Source: Hormiphora californensis
Taxonomy: Eukaryota > Animalia > Ctenophora
Assembly: GCA_020137815.1 (NCBI GenBank)
Contig: CM035354.1
Location: 6,820,001 to 6,884,000 of the forward strand
Length of the DNA stretch: 64,000 nt
Reading direction: 5' to 3'
Under the pieces are notes generated by a model. The model had not been told where the DNA came from and did not search any database. It worked only from the letters and a program-made list of their open reading frames with translations. Below, one piece after another: positions 53,410-64,000 of this stretch. The position numbers and the translations under genes are program-made. Positions within the stretch are counted from its first letter, which is position 1. Every line of letters starts with the position of its first letter.

Positions 53410-55939
53410 ATGGCTACCCGAAACACAGCAAAGTATGGCGGAGAGCTTGCAAGGTTGTTGATAGCCCTCACGAGTACACCTGAGGGCATACTGAAAACAC
53501 AGGCTACCCTCATTGATATCTTAGACAAGGTATTCAGTCGATTTTAGAATAGTAAAGGTCGATCGATTAAATGTAAATAGTTTTGTCAGAGTTATTTAAC
53601 TGTATGTACATTTAATAATACTGAAAATATTGAATATTAAAATTTTAACTAATTCCCAGATATCTGACCTGCACCCCAAGTTCAACAGCATACCACTGTG
53701 TCAATTTACTGAAGATTGTGGACATGATGCCGTTATTAACTGTGTTGAAGTATTGTAAGTTACACAGATTGGACAATTGCAGTGCAGACTGGACAATTGC
53801 AGTTCACGTGTTTTTGTGGCTCATTGTCTGTAAACCATGCAATATTCTCGATATATTATGCTCAACATCAATGTAGAATTATCAGCGCAAGCAACGAATA
53901 AATTCACCCGTCTAGAAAATCAAACAAGGACGATTGCTCAAAGGAGTTCCATATAGCTGTGGTCCGTGCCCTGCGGATAATTAATGGGATGAGAAAACTC
54001 CGAGCCGATCACTGGCAATCTCTACCTTATCAGGAAACCATGGTAACCACACTAACTCTAGTTGTTGACTTTTGTTCCTCTTTAATTGTCATACTTTTGT
54101 GCGGACACAGTGTTAGGCGACTCAAAATGTAGCTATTATATTTGCTCAGAGACCCCCCAGCTAACAAACCTTTCTTCAGTTGCACGTGCTGGTACAGGGA
54201 TTGAGAAGTGATGATGAGATGACACGGCTGTACTCTGCTGCCACACTTGCAGGGTAACTAAATGGGGTAACCATGGTAACCATGTTACTAGAATTGTGGT
54301 AGGATGGTGGGAAAACAATTCTGGTAGAAAAACCGTAACGGGATAACTGCCAAGAAAGCGGCATATTAATCCCCTCTCTTTCTTAGGGTGACAATGCATT
54401 ATTCTGAGTTTACACGGTACAACATACCTGAGCTGCTCATGAAGATGTATCTTGCGGACGGGGAGACTAAACTACAGACGGTAATTTGACATTTGTGTTT
54501 ACTCAAGTCTGTTTTTCGAATTCTGGGTTTTGGGAATGTGTGGTTGATGGATTAATTCCACTTTCCACATTCCCCTGCTAAATACCCTCTCATTGCACAG
54601 ATTCCCCCTGCTTAATACTCTCTCATTGCACAGATTCAAACTGGGGCGGATCACCTCCATCCCACAACAACTACAGCCGCTGCAGCACATACCATCATGA
54701 AGTTCTACCAGAGCAGAGCCTTCTTTGAGGTAAGAATCTTTGTCGGTAACCATGGTAATTAGCAGTTGTCACTCAAATAGAAGGTATTGACTTTTGAATG
54801 ATGCACCAATAGAAGAGTTTTAGCAACACTGAACATCTCTTTTCCAACAATGACTCTGTCTCCAGCGAATTTGTGCGGAAGGGTTTGTGAAGCGGACCAT
54901 GGAGATAGTTGTGAATCACACTGAGTACGAAGAAGACCTGGTATTTTGTATTATCCGATATTTCCTGTTCTCCTGTCTCATCCACGCGAGACCCACAATG
55001 AAGGAGGTGGAGAAGGAGTTGGGTGTGGACTTCTTCTCCAGTGTCCTGGCGGGTATTGGTGAAAACTGGGAGTCAAGAAATGAACAAATGCAGGATATTG
55101 TCAGGTGATTATTTGTACAAATAATTCCTCTTTTTGGTCACTTAATAGTTAGTACCATAAATTAACCAAAATTTCACAATCAAGTATCGACTTTCGTAAC
55201 CCTTTAATCCGAATTCTTGTTCCTTCTATTATCCTAATTTTAATATGTTTCTCACAATAACATTCTTGTTTTGATACCTTACTCTCAATTACAGGAGTTC
55301 TGCAAAGGTAGTGTCCACCCAGGCTCTCAAGTTCGGGCACATGCTCACTCCCGAAGCAGGTAACACCCAATGGATGGAGGAGCACGAGGAAGAAGCTTGT
55401 AAACTCCTCCGAAAACCCCTCGGTAGGTTTTGTGTGAATTGTAGTCAGATTTACTAATTGTATAGTCCGGTATATATTCATGTTGTAGCCAGTATAGTAT
55501 TGATCTTGGGTCCGGTGATCCACGTGGTCAATTTTGTTTGCCTTGTTCGACCCTCCTTCCCCGCACCCCGGTTTGAACAAAACAAACTTTTCAGATATAA
55601 AAAGAAAGTGCAGTGCAGGGGAATGCAAGAACTTGGAGGCGGAGGTTGGCCAATATGACAGGTAACATTTCTCATTAGAACCAGCCAGTATCATGGTTTG
55701 ATTTTAAATTACAATCTAGTTCCTCCAAAACTCCCCCAAATGATAAACCATGAATTACTGGTTTGAGGCGTCACTTTAAAAACCTTTCAATTTCAGGTGT
55801 AGCGGCTGCAAGGTGACGGTGTACTGTTTCCCCTCTCTGCCAGAAAACTCACTGGTCCGAAAAGCACAAGAAAATGTGCAAAAAGTTGCGAAAGTGGTAT
55901 GCCGTCAAGACGGTATCTGAAACCACCGATTTGGACTAA
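53410..55939 (+). CDS. Helical (ARM/HEAT-like) protein with a C-terminal MYND zinc finger; multi-exon with several indels
   Basis: First exon 53410-53529. Last exons give CSAGECKNLE..DR|CSGCKVTVYC(S)PLCQKTHWSEKHKKMC, the zf-MYND pattern, after removing one extra base near 55828. Confidence 0.75.
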
Positions 55940-56739
55940 ATTTGGTATTTTTTTGGATTTTGTGCTTATAGTGTTCCAGTTTGTATTCTAAAGTAAAATA
56001 TATATGTAATTGACTAACATAGATATATGCTCATCGTCTATGCGGTGTATATGATGCTTTATAAAGTTATAAAGTGTTGAGGTTTTGAGAACGGACGAAG
56101 GAGGAAATACGTTTATCGAGGAAGAGAGAGAGAGAGAGAATTAGAGAAATAGAAAGCGAGAGGGAGAGAAGGAGACATTATATTTAGCATCACATTTAGT
56201 ATGGTTTTGTAGATCTTTGGTTTTGTATTTTCTTTAACCCTTAGTAAACAAGGTAACACGCTCTTTTAATTTTACAGGGTGTTACAGGGTTGTCTATAGT
56301 TTGTTCCCGATCCTTCTTCAATTCTCTGAGCGAATTATTCTCTCGCATCTCAGCAAAAAGAAAGGTTTGGGTGCAAACTTGATAACTACAGGGGGGATTT
56401 ACCTAAATGAGAAAAATACTCGGATTCAGAGAACTGTATGTAAAATGATTGAACCTCCATTACTACGACTGCAGTGTAGCTATAAGTGCCGCAGCACTAA
56501 TGATGTGTGGGTGCTGATTTCTCTCATCCCTTCCACTAAACTTTGGAACATCTGGTTCCAGATTTTTCTGTTGCAGACCTTATATTTCTTAGCCTACGGA
56601 GGGGTTGTATGTATGGCGTTTTACAAGGTATCTTGTACTTGATAATGTGCTGTAAACTGTTTATATTATTAGTGGGAAGCAGAGCATTATATTGTAACCG
56701 CGTCATAGGGCCGAACATGTCAAGATTTTAGTCGGAGGG

Positions 56740-57455
56740 CACGGCGTGCCTGGTGAAATTTTAACACGACCTAGCATGCGACGGGAAACCACCACTTGTA
56801 CGTGGTAGCTGAGGGTCTACAGAATGGCGCTACGGTGCGGGAAAAAACATTCCATTCCCTAAAATCGTTTTTTTTACTTTTATTTGATTTGGGTCAAAAT
56901 TGGCTATATTAAACGTGGTCCCGAAAAATCCATAATGACTTAGCACACGAAATATGTCACCCCTACCTATTTTTGCACGTAGAATCGATTGCAGATTTCA
57001 ACAATTTGCCCAAATCTAACCATAAATCGGATATACAAGAAAACTTGGTTCTTGGTAGAAAAATGACCATTTTAACGATTGGCACTAGTTTCAAATCCCT
57101 ATCTCAACGTTTTCAATGGTTTAGGGGCCAAAAACCTCCAAAAAATGGTAAAAAATCAACTTTTGACCATTTTACAGTCATTTTAGAGATTCGACTTCAA
57201 CGGCAATCGATTCTACGTGCAAAAATAGGTAGGGGTGACATATTTCGTGTGCTAAGTCATTATGGATTTTTCGGGACCACGTTTAATATAGCCAATTTTG
57301 ACCCAAATCAAATAAAAGTAAAAAAAACGATTTTAGGGAATGGAATGTTTTTTCCCGCACCGTAGCGCCATTCTGTAGACCCTCAGCTACCACGTACAAG
57401 TGGTGGTTTCCCGTCGCATGCTAGGTCGTGTTAAAATTTCACCAGGCACGCCGTG
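56740..57455. mobile_element. 716-bp foldback MITE with CACGG...CCGTG ends and 4-bp TSD (Chapaev/CMC-like)
   Basis: aggg|cacggcgtgcc...ggcacgccgtg|aggg; arms of ~250 bp appear perfect by eye. Confidence 0.88.
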
Positions 57456-57531
57456 AGGGGTTCATGTGGAAAGTATTTGCTACGAATACCTGTCAAATCT
57501 TGTGGTAATGGCGCAAGTTTTATCTTTTAAC

Positions 57532-57587
<56 letters not shown>

Positions 57588-57599
57588 CCCATCCTCTAT

Positions 57600-60500
57600 C
57601 TTTTCTCCCTTTCCACACATCTCCATCAAAAATATCTCCTCAAACTTTTCTCACTCACTATCTTTTCTTTCCTTAAATCTCTCGAGGTTTTTCTGACTGA
57701 ATATTTTTCTACAGGGTGGGTTTTTTTTAAATTTTTTCCCCCCCTCCCTTCTTCTCATTCCCCTTTTTTCTCCCCATTTTTCCCATTTTTTCTCAATTCT
57801 TTCTCTAAAAATTCATTTCTTTTCCCCTTCGCAACTTTTGTTGTTTTTTCCCTCCTTTCCTTTTCCCCCCTCTGTCCCCCAATTATTATAAAAGTTTTCC
57901 ATTCGTTTCTTTACCCCCTTTTCCCCCCCAAAAGGGAGGTTTTCTCCCCCGAAACCCCCCCTTTGGTAGGCCCCCTTCCCCCAAGGGGGAAAGAGTTGCG
58001 TGGGGGGGGGGGGGAAGGAGAGGGGGGGGAGGGGGAAGGGGGGAGAGGGGGGAGGGGGGAGGGGGGGGGGGTTTGGGGGGCCCCCCGGGGTTTAGAAGGG
58101 GGGGAGAGAAGGAAGATTGAAGGGAAAGGGAAAAAAGGAAAAAAAGGGGTTGGGGGGTAATACGTTTTGGGTGGGTCTTAAATTTTTTTCTTTTTTCTAT
58201 TTTTATTTTAATTTTTTCCCGCAACTAGCGTGATGACCCCCCCTTTTTAATCGACGCCGGTTATCCAGCTTGATATTTCTGAACATTCGATGCGTTTCCT
58301 TTTTAGCTATAATCTCCCTCTGATCGCTGTCAAATTTTTTAAAATTTTCTTATCATTTAAAAAAAGAATCACCCAAACCCCGTTTTTTATATTATTGGGT
58401 TGATCCTCCTCCCTTTCTTTTTCAAAGCAGTTCTCTGTTTGAAACCCAGCTTATTTATTTCGTAACAGTTGTAAAGTACCTGTTTTGTACTTCTATCCAG
58501 TTTTCTTGTAGCAGATTCGGGACATATCTCTAATCTCTAAATATGTTTGGGATGGCAACATAAAATTGTCTCAAAAAGGGGGCTAGTTGAAATATGTTTT
58601 AAAGGAAAAGGCTGGGAATTTTTTTAAATGAAAAGGCTGGGGTAGGGAAAAGCATAAAATGGGGATCTTTTAAAGTGATGAATTGAATTTGGCCTCAGTA
58701 ACCTGCTCTTTCTTATCTCCCCTGTCCCTTTATCTTCTGTCCCTTTTAAATCTGATTCAAATTTTAAAGGGGAAAGTTTTTTATCCGTACCAACTTGCCC
58801 CAGTTACTTTCCCCACTCACCTAGAAAAGGGGGGGGTTTTGTTGTTGCCAAACACCCTACACGTTTAAATTCGCATTTTTAATTGAACTTTTGTTCTTTT
58901 CAAAACAAATTTTATAATTCTATCTGCGTTTTTCCCCAAATTTAATCCCGGTTACCCATTTGATATTTTGAATTCCAGGGATGCTTTGGGGTTTCAATTT
59001 TTTAGTTAATATAAATTTTACCCTAGGGCTGAATCGGGCCGACACGCTTTTTTCGTTGTTTTCTTTTTTATTTTATATTTTAGATTTCATTTTTCCCAAT
59101 TACTAGAAGCAACGTAGCCCCGGCCACCCCTTTGAAAAATTTTTCCCCAAAATTGTTTGATCATTCCTTGGGCTTTCTTGTTGAATTGCCGACTGTTTGT
59201 AATCCTTTCACGCGTTTTACAGGCTTTCGTCCCCAAAAAAGCCTTGTTTTAAACCCTAGGGGTTTGTATCTAAGGGGAAAAAAAACCAAAGGGTTGTAAA
59301 ATTAAGGAAGGGGTTGAAAAGGCGGATGAAAAAGAAAAGATATAATTGAAATGTTTGTAGTAAACCTTTTTGGGTCTTGATTATTTTAAAGCATTGCCCC
59401 ATTCAATTGGCCCTTTATTTCATTGAAATTGGTTTTTCTTAAGCGTTCCATTAAAAACCAGAAATACCAACCCTATGGAGGGGGAAAAGTAAAAACTTTT
59501 ATATCCCATTTTATAAGAAAAAGGGGGTTGTTTAAAAAAGGTTTTGCAGTGAACACAGGGCCTTTCTTACTTTGGAAATATTTACCTTCTTTTGTGAGCA
59601 GATTAAAAGCATGGCGGTTTAGTAAAGCAGGGGGGCCACATGAAAATGTTCCTTACTACTCTCTATGTGGTTTTCCTTAAAGATCACTCCGCTGCCCACA
59701 ACCGGGAAAAGGGCATTAAGTCCCAAAGGACTGGGGTCCCCAAAAGTAAACGGAAGACGGTGAGAACAAAGGGGAAGGAAGGGTTGAGTGAAAGGTCAGG
59801 GGAAAAAAAACAAGCGTAAATAGATGTTCAACTTTCGAGAAGAACTGAAGATCTGACTCCCCCCGATGTGCCGGGCATAAAGGTTTGAAGACGGGGTTGA
59901 GGAGGGGGCAAGCTGATTTAGAGCAGTATGGGAAGAGACGGAAGAGAGAGAGAGAGAGCAAAGGAGAAGAAGAAGGACGAGAGAGCAAGGAAGAGAGAGA
60001 TAAAAAGAGAGAAAAGAAGAATAATGAGAAGGGGAAAGATTTTATTTGATTGGCCTCGAAATTAAGGGATGCTAAACACCTTTGTGGGGGCTCAGAGAGG
60101 GTAGAGAGGAGGAGAAATTCGAAGAAGAGAAGAGAGGAGAGAAGAGACGGAAAAGAGAATAGAGAGGAAAGATAGAAATAAGAGAGAAAGAAGTTAAGGG
60201 AGAAGAGAGGGAGAAAGAAGAGGTGCAAATTTTAAAAAAAAACCCCTTCGAGGAGGTTCGGGCCGGGTAAAAACCCCCTTTGCATTAAAAAGGGTTAGAA
60301 TGTCTTTAAATATTTTTTTCGTTTTTCTTTGTTGGCTTCCCCTCGTGCTTATTTCCATTCCTTTAAATTTTATTTTGCTTTTACTTTATTTTTTTTCCCC
60401 TGTTAGGGCCTAACTAAAATTCTCCATTTTATTTGAGGGTTTATTTGTTAAAACATTTTTAAAAAACCAATCAAGTATCCCAATTTTGGGGGGGTACCCT

Positions 60501-61000
60501 TTGCATTTTAAACAGTTTCTATTTCCCTCTTTGGGAAATTGTTGTTCAACTGTGAAAGAAATTAGGAAAAGTTTTTACCAAAGTCAACTTAGAAAAAGGA
60601 AGGTTTTTAACGGCATAAAACCCTTAAAATTTGGGATTTTTTAAAAATTAAATAATTTCTAAAGTCAATAAAAAGTGAGATGAGTTTATACAGTTCTTTC
60701 TTTAGATCGCAGAATATATTAGCGATGAACAGAAATTAGAGATATATAATGAACATATTTAGCGTTAACTACTTCCCCAAACCTAAGATCTCTAGACTTC
60801 TAGAGGTTAAGAGATTTAGAGGTATTAAAATTTCTCACCAGTCTTCGAAATATTATAGAAATTTTCCCCTTTTCTCTTCTCCTTTTCTCTCTCACCCTCT
60901 CTCTCTTTTCTCCTTTTTCTCTCCTTCTCTTCCCTCTCTTCCCCCCCTCTCTCTCCTCATCTCTCTCTCTTCTCTCCTCCCTCTCCTCTCCTCTCCACTG
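57600..61000. other. Low-accuracy consensus with homopolymer inflation
   Basis: Abrupt excess of long G/C/A/T runs and scrambled GA repeats; no coherent coding signal. Confidence 0.7.
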
Positions 61001-61249
61001 TCTTTAAACCCTCCCCACGTTTCACGCCACTCCGCCCCGAAGCAGATGATACCCCCTCCCACCGGAATGCCCGTATCGTCCCGCAGACCAGCGGCTTTCC
61101 CCCTCAATTTGGATCCCCCCGGGGAGAAGTTATTATATATTAAGGATGAGACACCACCCCCATTTTGTTTATTGGGGGGGGGAGGGGGCGGAAGGAGGAG
61201 GGAGGATCCATTGCCACCTCCACCCAGTGTACCAAGACCATTCTGTGAA

Positions 61250-62316
61250 CCAAATTCATGATAGTATTTGAAGTGCGGTAGAGGTTTTAGATCGGATTCA
61301 ATGGGACCACGTAAAACAGCCCGATTTCTGTAAGGTGACGTCCATGGGTAATCCAAAAACCGACTCTGTTATGTTCCCTTAAAACCTCCCTTACATTGTA
61401 CGGGACGTAGAAAGAGAGAGGATCGAACAAGGCAACCTGAATCCACTTCTCCCCAGATACTATAATTTATCAGTTTGTTTTCTCCACGGCGGTAGTGGGT
61501 AGCTTGGTATACTTGTCAAACACCAACTTGACTTCATCGCTCATTGTCAGTCCATCGCCTGGTATTCGGGGTGTCCTACTTGATACCACCTGATCTCCTC
61601 CTCCCACCCCTCCTCCTCCCTCGTGTTTCAACTTCCTGACCAACTTCTGTGTACGCTCCGATAACATTTTACACGGCAGGCTAATAGGTGGCGTCATCTC
61701 AACCCCTGCATCAGTTGCTTGGTGATCTAGTGGTGATGTTGCTTGGGTTGGTGTTTTTGAACGGGGTGGTAGAGGTGTCCGGGACCGTTGTCTGGGCAAT
61801 GTTTTTAGTGCAGTTGTTGCAGGAGTGTACTTCATATTGGACACTGGCAAGGGAGAGGATGGTTTTTTAGAGGACGAGGAGGAGGAGGTTTTAGTGGTCT
61901 GGGTACTGCCATTCTGTATTGAATCCTGTAGAGCCTGAAATGATTTGATGGTTACCATAGCAACGGAAAATATAGTGACGTCATAACGCCCTTACCGATA
62001 ATTTGAGGTCCAGACAGTAGAGTGACATGATAACTGGAATCTGGGTTGCAACGACTACCATGATAACCCGGGGATCTACTAGATCTTGGAACTTGTCCAA
62101 ATTGGCACACACCGCTAGCAGGGCAAGGGCGTACAGCAGAGCAAACGCACGGACGAGCATGGGAACGAAGAAATGAGAAAGGGAGAGGGAGATGCGGAAG
62201 TGGGCTACAGAGTAGTACAATAGTATGGACAAATTATTCCATATATGGGTATAATAGTTGTTGTAATGAGCGGTAATTGTTATTAGGGCTCAAGAGCAGC
62301 AGGCCTAGGCCCCTCT
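61250..62316 (-). CDS. Unidentified protein: hydrophobic (possibly multi-TM) exon spliced to a Ser/Thr/Pro-rich exon; both ends uncertain
   Basis: ...PMLVRAFALLYALALLAVCA...IMVVVATQIPVIMSLYCLDLKLS|gtaagg joins in phase 0 to cag|ALQDSIQNG.... Head-to-head with the POLQ gene. Confidence 0.45.
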
Positions 62317-62708
62317 GAGAGAGAGGGAGTGAGAGCTAAATTGGCGGGAAGCGAATGACAGTGAAACTTGAGTCTTGAAACTTTCTGTGACAGTGATATT
62401 TGTTTTAAATTTCATGGTTGTGTGTTACATTTTGTTTGTCTAAAGTTTGCGTCGTTTACTTTTCATCTGATCTCGCTCTCCCACAGCGTGCAGCAAGCAA
62501 ACAAGTCGCACACTTGCAGCTGCGCATCTCAGGGGGTCTACCGGCTATTGCTAGTTTTACCCCCACACGCAGTGAGATTGTAGCGCGCACAAGCGTCCTT
62601 TTTCCCACGCTCCTCTCAACTCTGACCGGTTTTCCTCCCAGCAGCAAAGCCATGGTTCAGGGGGATAATACTGAGAGAAGATGCTGCCGTTAATAATTCC
62701 CTGGAGGA

Positions 62709-64000
<1,292 letters not shown>

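Noticed and set aside
57886-58224. G/C-run region as a G-quadruplex array or Pro-rich ORF
   Set aside because: Lies in a low-quality, homopolymer-inflated stretch.

Overview
Intron-rich animal genomic DNA. The GPCR style (S-x-x-RT in place of DRY), nested genes and abundant (GA/TC)n suggest a ctenophore, but that is my inference. The consensus carries many single-base indels in homopolymers, so several real genes look frameshifted. Genes in order: ERGIC2 (first two coding exons only, +); an indel-riddled WD40-like gene (-); GALNT (-); rhodopsin-like GPCR (+); decayed CR1/L2-type LINE (-); RPRD-type CID gene with two candidate giant terminal exons (+); RELCH/KIAA1468 (-), with a second GPCR nested in an intron and interrupted by a foldback MITE; nicotinamidase (-); a stand-alone LINE ORF1-like gene (-); a helical + zf-MYND gene (+); an unidentified membrane-protein-like gene (-). 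At the right edge is the top finding: a gene in which an XRCC1 N-terminal domain runs in frame, within one exon, into the DNA polymerase theta (POLQ) helicase domain. At least five distinct foldback/MITE types with readable target-site duplications (TSDs) are present. All homology calls are from remembered family motifs, not database searches.
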